Source: Myxococcales bacterium
Lineage (GTDB): Bacteria; Myxococcota_A; Polyangia; Polyangiales; Houyiibacteriaceae
NCBI GenBank assembly: GCA_020430775.1
Contig: JAGQJE010000169.1
Coordinates: forward strand, 2,343-66,342
Length of the DNA: 64,000 nt
Direction: 5' to 3'
Positions 1-11,994 of this stretch are shown here, piece after piece; the stretch's first letter is position 1; each line of letters begins with the position of its first letter. The translations under genes were made by a program, and so were the position numbers. The notes under the pieces are model-generated. The model saw nothing but the letters and a program-made list of their open reading frames with translations. It was not told the origin of the DNA and made no database searches.

Positions 1-2
1 GA

Positions 3-125
3 AACTACGTCCGCCACGTCGTCAGCCACTACGCCGTCTACCACTACCTCGCCCACCGCGAGGCGCCCTGGAAGCTCGATCTGCCGATGACGGTGGGTCC
101 GAAGCTGCTCGCCCCGAGCGACTGA
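3..125 (+). CDS. 3' end of a gene that starts upstream of the window (last 40 codons, product unknown)
   Basis: Frame 3 reads NYVRHVVSHYAVYHYLAHREAPWKLDLPMTVGPKLLAPSD then TGA. Nearly every codon ends in G/C, as in confirmed genes here. No start codon lies inside the window. Confidence 0.35.
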   Translation, partial: NYVRHVVSHYAVYHYLAHREAPWKLDLPMTVGPKLLAPSD

Positions 126-206
126 GAGCGCCGCGTCTCGCCGCTGCGCGAGTGGGCAGCGGGTCGCGCTGGCACGGCGTCGCGGCGTCTCCTATGCTCG
201 CGCCGC

Positions 207-653
207 ATGAAGCTTGGCATCGTCGCTGCGCTCTGCGTCGGCGCCTCCGCGCTCGCGGCGGGGTGCGCGCCGAAGATCGGCGACTCGTGCAGCAACTCGG
301 CGGACTGCTCCGTCGACGGCGAGCGGGTGTGCGACGTCGCGCAGCCGGGCGGCTACTGCACCATCGCCGGTTGCGATCCGGACTCGTGCCCTGACGGAGC
401 GCTCTGCGTGGAGTGGCGCTTCATGCCCGCGCGGACCTCGGCGACCTGGTGCATGGAGGACTGCCGTAAGGACGGCGACTGCCGGCAGAAGGCCGGCTAC
501 CGCTGCGTGCACCAGGGACCGTCCGGGACGGTGGTCTACGACGGCGAGACCATCCTCGACCCCACCGACGCGCCGGTCCTCGCGCGTATCACCGACATCG
601 AGCGCCGCGACGACAAGGGCTTCTGCGCCGCGGTCGTCACGAGCGAGAAGTAG
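207..653 (+). CDS. Cys-rich secreted lipoprotein, function unknown
   Basis: The N-terminus MKLGIVAALCVGASALAAGC is a signal peptide plus lipobox (LAAG/C). The mature part has about 12 Cys. GC3 bias is strong in this frame. Confidence 0.6.
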   Translation: MKLGIVAALCVGASALAAGCAPKIGDSCSNSADCSVDGERVCDVAQPGGYCTIAGCDPDSCPDGALCVEWRFMPARTSATWCMEDCRKDGDCRQKAGYRCVHQGPSGTVVYDGETILDPTDAPVLARITDIERRDDKGFCAAVVTSEK

Positions 654-713
654 CGCAGCGCGCGCGGGCGCGAACGCGGGCGGAGCGGCGCGCGCGTACT
701 ATGCTCTGCCCCG

Positions 714-1655
714 ATGTCCGCGGGGCTCCTTCGCTACATCGCCGAGCGCGTCGTGCGTGCGGCGCTCACGGTCGTCGGCGTGGTCGTGCTGGTCTTCCTG
801 CTCGTGCGCCTCGTGCCAGGAGATCCCGTCGACGCGATCCTCGGCGATCAGGCCTCGCCCGAGGACCGCGCCGCGCTCCGAAAGAGCCTGAAGCTCGACG
901 CGCCGCTCCCGGTGCAGCTCGAGAGCTTCGTCGGCGACGTCGCGTCGGGCACGCTCGGCCACTCGTTCCGCCGCCCGGACGAGACGGTCGCGTCGCGGAT
1001 CGAGGCGGTCTTCCCGGACACCGTCGAGCTCGCGCTCGCCGCGCTGCTGCTCGCGTGGGCGCTCGCCGTGCCGCTCGGCGCCCTCGCGGCCGTGCGAAAA
1101 GGCACGGGGTGGGATCGCGCCGCCTCGACGGTGGCCATCGCCGGGCTCGCCATCCCGAACATCTGGCTGGGCCCGCTCTTGATCCTCGGCTTCGCGGTCG
1201 AGCTGCGGTGGTTTCCCTTCCCCGGCGACGCACGGGCCGGCGCCGCTGCGCTCGTCTTGCCCGCCGTCACGCTCGGGACGGCCCTCGCGGCGATCCTGAC
1301 CCGACAGACGCGCGCCGCGATGATCGAGGTGCTCGACGAGCAGTACGTGCTGGCCGCCCGCGCCCGAGGCATCGGCCGCGTGCGCCTCGTCGTCGGGCAC
1401 GCGCTGCGCAACGCGATGCTGCCGGTCATGACGGTCGGCGCCGCCCAGCTCGGCGCGCTCCTGTCCGGCGCGGTCATCACGGAGAAGATCTTCGAGCGGC
1501 GCGGGCTCGGCACGCTCTTTCTCGACGCGTTCTTCGCCCGCGACATCCCCGTCGTGCAGGGCTGCGTGCTCGTGGTGGCCGTTCTCTACGTCGCGGTGAA
1601 CCTCGGGGTCGACCTCGCGTACGGCGTGATCGATCCGCGGGTGCGGCTGTCGTGA
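714..1655 (+). CDS. ABC transporter permease, peptide/nickel (DppB/OppB-like) type
   Basis: 313 aa, multi-TM. N-terminus is LRYIAERVVRAALTVVGVVVLVFLLVRLVPGDP. The EAA-loop region is EQYVLAARARGIGRVRLVVGHALRNAMLPV. Confidence 0.9.
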   Translation: MSAGLLRYIAERVVRAALTVVGVVVLVFLLVRLVPGDPVDAILGDQASPEDRAALRKSLKLDAPLPVQLESFVGDVASGTLGHSFRRPDETVASRIEAVFPDTVELALAALLLAWALAVPLGALAAVRKGTGWDRAASTVAIAGLAIPNIWLGPLLILGFAVELRWFPFPGDARAGAAALVLPAVTLGTALAAILTRQTRAAMIEVLDEQYVLAARARGIGRVRLVVGHALRNAMLPVMTVGAAQLGALLSGAVITEKIFERRGLGTLFLDAFFARDIPVVQGCVLVVAVLYVAVNLGVDLAYGVIDPRVRLS

Positions 1656-2551
1656 CGCGGCGCGAACCCGACGCGCCCCCCGCCGATCTCGACCTGCCGG
1701 GGCAACGGTCGGCGAGCGCGGCCGTGCTCCGCGCCCGCGCCGCGCGCCTGTACGGCTGGCTGTCGGCCTCTCCGGTCGGCCTCGCGCTCGTCGTCGCGTT
1801 CTTCGTCCTGGCGCTCCTCGGTCCCGTGGTCGCGCCCTACGACCCGCGCGCGATCGACCTCGCGCACGAGTACGCCGCGCCGTCGCTCCGGCACCTGCTC
1901 GGCACCGGCGACAACGGCATCGATCTCTTGAGCGCGGTCCTGTACGGCGCGCGCCTCGCCGCGGTGGTCGGGGTCTCGGTCGTCGGCATCTCGCTCGCGA
2001 TCGGCGTCAGCCTCGGCGCGCTCGCCGGGTATGCGGGCGGGCTCACCGACCACCTGGTGACAGGCTTCGCCGATCTGGTGCAGGCGTTCCCGGCCATCGT
2101 GCTCAACATCGCCATCCTCGCGCTCGTCGCGGAGCCCGGCGTCGAGCACGTCATCCTCGCGCTCGCCGCAAACGGCTGGGTGCTCTACGCGCGCATCGCC
2201 CGCGCTCAGACGCTCACCCTGCGCGAGCGTGACTTCATCGACGCCACGCGCGCGCTCGGTTTCCGCCCGAGTCGCACGGTGATCCGCCACATCCTCCCGA
2301 ACCTCGCCGCGCCGATCGTCGTGCAGGCGACGGCAGGCTTCGGCGCGGTGGTGCTCGCGGAGGCGACGCTGTCGTTCCTCGGGCTCGGCCCGGGCAAGTC
2401 GGTCTCGTGGGGCGCGCTGCTCGACCAGGGAACCGCCGTGCTGCTGCGCTTTCCGCACGTCGCCCTGGTCGCGGGCGCGGCCATCGCCGCGACGGTCTTC
2501 GGCTTCAATCTGACTGGTGATTGGCTGCGCGATCGCCTCGACCCACGGTAA
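1652..2551 (+). CDS. ABC transporter permease, DppC/OppC-like type
   Basis: GTG at 1652 overlaps the stop of the previous permease (GTGA). Motifs are LLGTGDNGIDLLSAVLYGAR and the EAA loop RDFIDATRALGFRPSRTVIRHILPNLAAPIVV. The 616-aa track ORF (701..2551) is this frame read back through the previous gene. Confidence 0.85.
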   Translation: MTRREPDAPPADLDLPGQRSASAAVLRARAARLYGWLSASPVGLALVVAFFVLALLGPVVAPYDPRAIDLAHEYAAPSLRHLLGTGDNGIDLLSAVLYGARLAAVVGVSVVGISLAIGVSLGALAGYAGGLTDHLVTGFADLVQAFPAIVLNIAILALVAEPGVEHVILALAANGWVLYARIARAQTLTLRERDFIDATRALGFRPSRTVIRHILPNLAAPIVVQATAGFGAVVLAEATLSFLGLGPGKSVSWGALLDQGTAVLLRFPHVALVAGAAIAATVFGFNLTGDWLRDRLDPR

Positions 2552-2622
2552 CGCATTCGGGCCCTGAGCGGCCCATTGAGCGGCTTACGTCCTCGGTCCC
2601 TCCCTGCGACGCACGCAGAGTG
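2552..2622. repeat. 71-bp direct repeat, copy 1
   Basis: cgcattcgggccctgagcggcccattgagcggcttacgtcctcggtccctccctgcgacgcacgcagagtg is identical by eye to 2707..2777. Confidence 0.9.
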
Positions 2623-2706
2623 CGCCTCAGTCGGGCCCTGTGGGCGCGCTCGCTCACTGGACCACTCAGAGCCCGAAGCTCGCATCGCTTGCGAGGTGAC
2701 GGCGCG

Positions 2707-2777
2707 CGCATTCGGGCCCTGAGCGGCCCATTGAGCGGCTTACGTCCTCGGTCCCTCCCTGCGACGCACGCAGAGTG
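2707..2777. repeat. 71-bp direct repeat, copy 2
   Basis: Same 71-nt string as 2552..2622, offset by 155 bp. Confidence 0.9.
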
Positions 2778-3030
2778 GTTGTTGATGCCCTCGCTGTCGC
2801 TCGGGGAGGGGGCACGCGCCCCCTCCCAAGCGCAAATTCACCGCGCGCAGCGCGCGGCGAATCCGCCCTTGGCACCCACCCCGCGAGGTTCGGCACCGAA
2901 GCGGAGCCTCACGTATCGGCGTTGGCGTCGTGGTCGGACGCCGTTGGTTGCACTCTTGCGGGGGCAAGACTGAACCCAACGGCGGCGTACCCTAAGTACC
3001 TCGGCAGCGCGGGAACCCGATCCCTACCTC
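2778..3030. repeat. Composite ~250-bp intergenic repeat, full copy 1 (GC hairpin module, variable middle, 74-nt invariant core)
   Basis: It starts gttgttgatgccctcgct. It contains a perfect 10-bp-stem hairpin gggagggggc-acgc-gccccctccc (2804..2827). It also contains the core tcggcgttggcgtcgtggtcggacgccgttggttgcactcttgcgggggcaagactgaacccaacggcggcgtacc. Its ends match 4571..4815. Confidence 0.85.
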
Positions 3031-3250
3031 GAACCGGTGCCCGATCCCGAACCCGTGCCCGATCCCGACTCCGATCCCGGTCCCGAGTCCGAGTCCGAGT
3101 CCGTGACCGAGTCCGAGTCCGTGCCCGTGACCGTGCCCGGTCCCGATCCCGATCCCGACCTCGATCTCGACCCCGCTCCCGCTCCCGCTCCCGCTCCCGA
3201 CCCCGATCTCGATCGCGTGCCCGAACCCGCGCCCGATCCCGACCTCGATC
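3014..3250. repeat. Degenerate hexanucleotide array (CCCGNN)n, C-rich on the + strand
   Basis: cccgat cccgaa cccgtg cccgat cccgac tccgat ... cccgct cccgct cccgct, with 6-nt periodicity over about 40 units. No consistent reading frame with the neighbouring array. Confidence 0.85.
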
Positions 3251-3375
3251 TCGATTCGTGGGAAGCAACTCGATGTCGACGGGAGGCACCACAACATATC
3301 GTGGCCACCGACCGTCGTCGACCACATCATGTAGTGGGCCGTAGCCGGCCTGAGGAGTTGCTTCCCACGAATCGA
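3251..3375. mobile_element. MITE-like palindromic element inserted in the hexamer array
   Basis: A perfect 21-bp inverted repeat, tcgattcgtgggaagcaactc (3251..3271) and gagttgcttcccacgaatcga (3355..3375), flanks an 83-bp core. The core is noticeably less GC-rich. The hexamer array continues on both sides. Confidence 0.45.
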
Positions 3376-3457
3376 TCTCGACCCCGCTCCCGCTCCCGCT
3401 CCCGCTCCCGACCCCGCTCTCGATTGCGTGCCCGAACCCGAGCCCGACCCCGCACCG
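3372..3457. repeat. Degenerate hexanucleotide array (continuation after the palindromic insert)
   Basis: tcgatc tcgacc ccgctc ccgctc ccgctc ccgctc ccgacc ... with the same 6-nt period as 3014..3250. Confidence 0.8.
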
Positions 3458-3519
3458 GCGCTCGTGCTCGTTGCCTGGGTCGCGGTGTGCGCTCTCGGGC
3501 CTGGTTTGGGCTGTGGCGC

Positions 3520-4419
<900 letters not shown>

Positions 4420-4475
4420 CGGGCCGGTTGTACTACGAAGCCCAGCCCCGCGGCGACCACCGTCACTACCCCTGT

Positions 4476-4570
4476 ATCGGCGTTGGCGTTGGCGTCGTGG
4501 TCGGACGCCGTTGGTTGCACTCTTGCGGGGGCAAGACTGAACCCAACGGCGGCGTACCCCAAGTACCTCG
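4476..4570. repeat. Partial extra copy of the 74-nt invariant core
   Basis: Same core as 2915..2990 and 4699..4775, with one extra gttggc hexamer. It lies directly upstream of full copy 2. Confidence 0.85.
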
Positions 4571-4815
4571 GTTGGTTAATGCCCTCGCTTCGCTCGGGGA
4601 GGGGGCACGCGCCCCCTCCCAAACTTCACTTCGCCGCGCCTGAGTCGCGGCGAAGCAAACTTTGGCTCCCACCCCGCGGGGTTCGGCGCCGGGGCGGCGC
4701 CTCACGTGTCGGCGTTGGCGTCGTGGTCGGACGCCGTTGGTTGCACTCTTGCGGGGGCAAGACTGAACCCAACGGCGGCGTACCGTGAGTACCTCGGCAG
4801 CGCGGGAACCCGATC
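4571..4815. repeat. Composite ~250-bp intergenic repeat, full copy 2
   Basis: It starts gttggttaatgccctcgct. The hairpin is at 4597..4620 and the invariant core is followed by cagcgcgggaacccgatc, as in copy 1. The middle ~95 bp is diverged. Confidence 0.85.
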
Positions 4816-4857
4816 TTGAACCCGATCCCGCGCCTGTGCCCGATCCCGTGCCCGCAC
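4806..4857. repeat. Short hexanucleotide array (CCCGNN)n
   Basis: gaacccgatcttgaacccgatcccgcgcctgtgcccgatcccgtgcccgc. Confidence 0.6.
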
Positions 4858-4905
4858 GCCGCAGCCGGCGACGCGGCGTCACCCGAGCCGCCGGCTTGGT
4901 TGCCG

Positions 4906-5235
4906 CTACCATCGCGGTCGATGCACGAGGCACCACAGCGCCGCGCAGCACCGGTCGACGCGCGCCCGCGCGTCTGCGACCAGGGTCTCGCTCGCGTAGC
5001 CGAGCGCGCCCGCGACGTCGAGGCACGCGACACACTCGCGCGCCGAGCCGAGCGCGCGCTGCAGGTGCGCCCCGCGGTTGCGTCCGCGCGACGGCAGCCC
5101 CTCCGCCACGTTGAGCGGCACGCTCGCCGCCGCGCGTCGAAGCTGTCGCGCAAGATCGGGATCCTGCCGAGCGATGCGCTCGAGCACCGGCCGCATCGCG
5201 CGCACCATGTCTACGGTCAGTTCGTACGTGGTCAT
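4906..5235 (-). CDS. four-helix-bundle protein (23S rRNA intervening-sequence protein / Avd-like family)
   Basis: ATG at 5235 is preceded by gaaaaggagg. The 109-aa product is MTTYELTVDMVRAMRPVLERIARQDPDLARQLRRAAASVPLNVAEGLPSRGRNRGAHLQRALGSARECVACLDVA. The IP/NIAEG...R..F...A.GS..E pattern is typical of this family. Confidence 0.75.
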   Translation of the reverse strand: MTTYELTVDMVRAMRPVLERIARQDPDLARQLRRAAASVPLNVAEGLPSRGRNRGAHLQRALGSARECVACLDVAGALGYASETLVADARARVDRCCAALWCLVHRPRW

Positions 5236-5408
5236 CGAAGCCTCCTTTTCGAGAAGGCCCCCACCGGCGTCGCGCGCAGGGTGGGTCAAGGCTCGCGGGC
5301 GAAGCCCGCGACCGCGGCGCAGGCGCGGCTGCGGCCTTGACGCACCCGAGCACGACGGCATCCTCAATGGGGCCCGAAAAGGAGGCACCCACGGTCCCGC
5401 AGAGATCG

Positions 5409-5512
5409 CGCCCGACCCCGAGCCTGCTCCCGCGCCCGCGCCCGCGCCCGCGCCCGACCCCGCAGCCGATCCTGCTCCCGCGCCCGTCGTCGATGCCGTG
5501 CCCGACGCCCGC
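5409..5512. repeat. Hexanucleotide array (CCCGNN)n, intergenic
   Basis: cccgaccccgagcctgctcccgcgcccgcgcccgcgcccgcgcccgaccccgcagccgatcctgctcccgcgccc... Confidence 0.75.
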
Positions 5513-5542
5513 GCTCCGAGCGTCTGCCGGCGGTGCTGACGG

Positions 5543-5571
5543 TTGACACGCTCGGGGCCCTACGCTACGAC
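5543..5571 (+). promoter_or_regulatory. candidate sigma70-type promoter for tRNA-Thr
   Basis: TTGACA (5543..5548), a 17-nt spacer, then TACGAC (5566..5571). It ends 20 nt before the tRNA 5' end. The -10 is weak. Confidence 0.25.
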
Positions 5572-5591
5572 CCCGGCCGCCTCAGGCGAAC

Positions 5592-5663
5592 GCCACCTTA
5601 GCTCAGGGGTAGAGCAGCGGTTTCGTAAACCGCAGGTCGGAGGTTCAAATCCTCTAGGTGGCT
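5592..5663 (+). tRNA. tRNA-Thr (anticodon CGU)
   Basis: Hand-folded cloverleaf. Acceptor stem is GCCACCT/AGGTGGC and D stem is GCTC/GAGC. Anticodon stem is GCGGT/ACCGC with loop TTCGTAA. T arm is GGAGG-TTCAAAT-CCTCT. 72 nt, no encoded CCA. Confidence 0.9.
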
Positions 5664-5717
5664 CTACTGGCCGTCCGATTCCGGCCACGACGCCGGCGGT
5701 CGCTGCGCCGGCGCGTG

Positions 5718-6878
5718 TCAGTGACCGGCGGTGAGGTCGCCGACCTTCGTTGGGATGGCGTGCGGCCACGCGGCGAGCATGACCACGACGCAGCGCCGGC
5801 CGGCGGGGTCTTCGGCGACGCCCACCCCGAAGTCCGTGAAGCGCTTGTCGACGAGGGCCATGCGGTGGCTCGGGCTGTCGACCATCGCGTCGAACGCCCC
5901 CTCGATGGTCGTCGAGCGGGCGACGGTCTCGCCCACCACGCGCGCGGCGATCCCGTGGTCGCGCAGGCGCATCGACGGGTCGCTGCCGTCGGCGGACAGG
6001 TGCGAGACCTTGCCCGTCTGGCACACCTCGACCGCGTGCTCCCGAGCGACGGTCGCGAGCAGGCGGTTCGGCCGCAGCGCGGGGACGTCGCTCGCCGCGC
6101 GGAGCGCCGCGACGCGCTGGGGGATGCCGGACGGGCCGATCGCCTTGCTCTGCGCGAACGAGGACCAGCCGGTGGCCGCCTTGCCGCCGATCTGCCGCTC
6201 GGCGAGCGGTCGCGGGCCGGACGGGCCGGTCGCCACGAGCTGGACGAGCGCCGGTCGTTCGACGCTGCCCGGGATGACGATGCCCGCCGTGAGCGCAGCC
6301 GGTGTGACGGCGAGGCGGACGCTCGCGCCGTCTGCGCCTCGCGCGACGACGTACGGCTGCCCGAACCCCGGCGCCAGCCCGACGCGCAGCCGTGACGGGT
6401 CGCCCTCGACGGGCGTCAGCGAGCCCCCGCGCACGGCCGCGAGGATGAGGCGCTGGTCGCCGGCTTCGGCCTGCCCGCAGACGAGGGGCGCGTCCGCGCC
6501 TTTGTCGAGCTCGGCGAGCCACTTCGCGGTGCGCTGCGCCGCGCCCGGGTCGGTGACGAGGAGCGAGTGTACTGAGAAGAGGTCCGAGCCCGCGTCGTGC
6601 AGGGCCTTGGCGAGCGATCCGGGGCTCGGCTGCGTCCCGCTCAGCAGGAGCGAGGCTGCGGCCGCGGCGAGGCCGTCGTCGAGGGCGCAGCGGGGCCGCC
6701 CCCCGGTCGAGGGGGACGAGGCTGCGTCGCCCGAAGGCTTCGCTCCGCTCGCGCGACCGCTCGTAGTCGACGAGCGCTCGTGCGCCCCGGGCGAAGGCGG
6801 GGCGGCCGCGGCCGGCGCGCTCACCGTGAGCGACGAGGCGGCGGCGAGCAGGACCGCGTATCCGAGCGCGCGCCTCAC
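5718..6878 (-). CDS. secreted CAP/SCP (PR-1-like) domain protein
   Basis: GTG at 6878 overlaps the argJ stop (GTGA). The signal peptide is MRRALGYAVLLAAASSLTVSAPAAA. The C-terminal CAP-like segment is HLSADGSDPSMRLRDHGI...GETVARS...AFDAMVDSPSHRMALVDKRFTDFGVGV. Confidence 0.7.
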   Translation of the reverse strand: MRRALGYAVLLAAASSLTVSAPAAAAPPSPGAHERSSTTSGRASGAKPSGDAASSPSTGGRPRCALDDGLAAAAASLLLSGTQPSPGSLAKALHDAGSDLFSVHSLLVTDPGAAQRTAKWLAELDKGADAPLVCGQAEAGDQRLILAAVRGGSLTPVEGDPSRLRVGLAPGFGQPYVVARGADGASVRLAVTPAALTAGIVIPGSVERPALVQLVATGPSGPRPLAERQIGGKAATGWSSFAQSKAIGPSGIPQRVAALRAASDVPALRPNRLLATVAREHAVEVCQTGKVSHLSADGSDPSMRLRDHGIAARVVGETVARSTTIEGAFDAMVDSPSHRMALVDKRFTDFGVGVAEDPAGRRCVVVMLAAWPHAIPTKVGDLTAGH

Positions 6879-8090
6879 GACCGGTAGTCCGCGTTGATGC
6901 GCACGTACTCGTGGCCGATGTCGCAGGTGGTGTAGTGCGCGGCGGCCGTACCGGCGCCGAGATCGACGCGCACGGTGTACTCCGCGCGCTTCATCACCGC
7001 GGCCGCCTCGCGCTCGACGGCGTCGTCGCGCACGGGGAGCCCCCGCGCGAACACCGTCACGTCGCCGATCCGGACCCGCACCTTCGACGGGTCGAAGCGC
7101 ACCCCGGCGCGGCCCGCCGCGGCGACGATGCGGCCCCAGTTCGGGTCGCAGCCGTGCAGCGCCGTCTTGACGAGCAGCGAGGTCGCGATGGCGCGCGCCA
7201 CCCGCAGCGCGCCCGGGTCGTTCGGGGCGCGCGCGACCTCGATGCGCACCAGGTGCTCGGCCCCCTCGCCGTCCGCGACGATCATCAGGGCCACGGCCGA
7301 GAGCGCCTCCGTGAGCGCGCCCTCGAGGCGCCGCGCGCTCGCGCTGTCCGCCGAGATCGACGCGCCCCCGAGCGCACCGGAGGCCATCGCGACCACGGTG
7401 TCGTTCGTGCTCGTGTCGCCGTCGACCGAGACGCGGTTGAAGGTCTGCTCGGTCGCCGAGCGGAGCGCCTTGCGCAGGACGGGGGCGCCCACCGGTGCGT
7501 CCGTGAGCACGAAGCCGAGCGTCGTCGCCATGTTCGGGTGGATCATGCCTGCGCCCTTCGCGATCGCGAGCACGGTGGCGTCGCGACGGCCGACCCGAAA
7601 GCGCGCGCAGGCGAGCTTCGGTCCGCGATCGGTGGTGAGGATGGCGTCGGCGAACGCGGCGGCGCCGCCCTCGTCGAGCGCGTCGACGAGGCGCGGCAGG
7701 CCCGAGACGATGGCGGTGACATCGAGCGGCTGGCCGATGACGCCGGTCGACGCCGGCAGGACGTGACGCGCCTCGCAGCCGAGCGCTCGGGCGAGCGCGC
7801 CGGTAGTGCGCTCGGCGTCGCGCACGCCCTGAGCGCCGGTGCAGGCGTTCGCGTTCCCGCTGTTGACGAGGATCGCTTGCGCGCGGCCCCGCCGCACGCG
7901 CTCGGCGGCGACCTCGACGGGCGCTGCGCGTACGAGGTTGCGCGTGAACACCGCCGCCGTCGGCACGGGGCGCTCTGCGACGATCGCGGCGAGGTCGGGC
8001 CGCCCCGACGCCTTGATGCCGCAGGCGACGCCCGCGAGCCGAAAGCCGGCGATCGGGGGCCAGCCCTGCGCCCCTCGGGCCTCCCGCGCG

Positions 8091-8098
<8 letters not shown>
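6875..8098 (-). CDS. argJ: bifunctional ornithine acetyltransferase / N-acetylglutamate synthase
   Basis: Motifs are FRLAGVACGIKASGRPDLA and the autoprocessing site HPNMATTLGFVLTDA. The C-terminus is YVRINADYRS. The likely start is TTG at 8098, overlapping the secA stop. The 484-aa track ORF extends into secA. Confidence 0.85.
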
Positions 8099-11294
<3,196 letters not shown>

Positions 11295-11488
11295 GCGCCG
11301 AGCGCTCCTCACCTAACGAGAGAGCCCCGCTCGACCTGCGTGCAGGGCGGGATCTCCATGAAAAACGGTGGAATTCGGGTCCAATCTACGCCTCGGCCCG
11401 ACGCGGCGCAACGACGCATCGGGCGCCCCGTCGCGCGGTCGACGTGGACAAGACGGCGCCCCTGCTCTACGAAGAGCCACTGGCCGCC

Positions 11489-11956
11489 GTGACACTGGAG
11501 ACACCCCCGGATCTCGATCGCCTGCGCGCTCGTCTCGACGAGTACATGACGCAGCACGGCCTGCGCTCGACGGCTCAGCGACGGCTCGTCACCGAGACCT
11601 TCTTCAGCAGTACGGGTCACCTGACCATCGACGACGTGCTCGAGCGCGTGCGTGAGCGCAACCCCAAGGTCGGCTACGCCACCGTCTACCGCACGCTCAA
11701 GCTCCTCGCGGAGTCGGGGCTCGCCTACGAGCGGCACTTCGGCGACGGCGCGTCGCGCTACGAGGTCGCGCGCGAGGACGAGCACCACGACCACCTCATC
11801 TGCCTCGACTGCGGGAAGATCGTCGAGTTCGAGGACGACGAGATCGAGCGCCTGCAGGTGGCGCTCGCGGAGCGCGAGGGGTTCGTGCTGAAGCGCCACA
11901 AGCACGAGCTGTACGGTCTGTGCCCGCGCTGCCGCGAGCGCGAGCGCGACGGATAG
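11489..11956 (+). CDS. Fur-family metalloregulator
   Basis: It has RSTAQRRLVTETFF...HLTIDDVLERV...VGYATVYRTLKLLAESGL (winged helix). It also has HHDHLICLDCGKIVEF...LYGLCPRC (HHDH plus two CxxC). GTG at 11489 is my best-guess start. Confidence 0.8.
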   Translation: MTLETPPDLDRLRARLDEYMTQHGLRSTAQRRLVTETFFSSTGHLTIDDVLERVRERNPKVGYATVYRTLKLLAESGLAYERHFGDGASRYEVAREDEHHDHLICLDCGKIVEFEDDEIERLQVALAEREGFVLKRHKHELYGLCPRCRERERDG

Positions 11957-11994
11957 CTGGCTGCGCCGCCACGGCCCCCAACGGCGCCGGCGTG

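Noticed and set aside
701-2551. 616-aa + strand ORF
   Set aside because: The first half is an alternative frame across the first permease (Arg-rich nonsense). Only the part from GTG 1652 matches an OppC/DppC-type permease.
2915-2990. The 74-nt invariant repeat core as a tRNA-like gene (its length matches a tRNA)
   Set aside because: On either strand it has no acceptor-stem pairing between its ends, no GTTCRANYC T-loop and no D-loop consensus.
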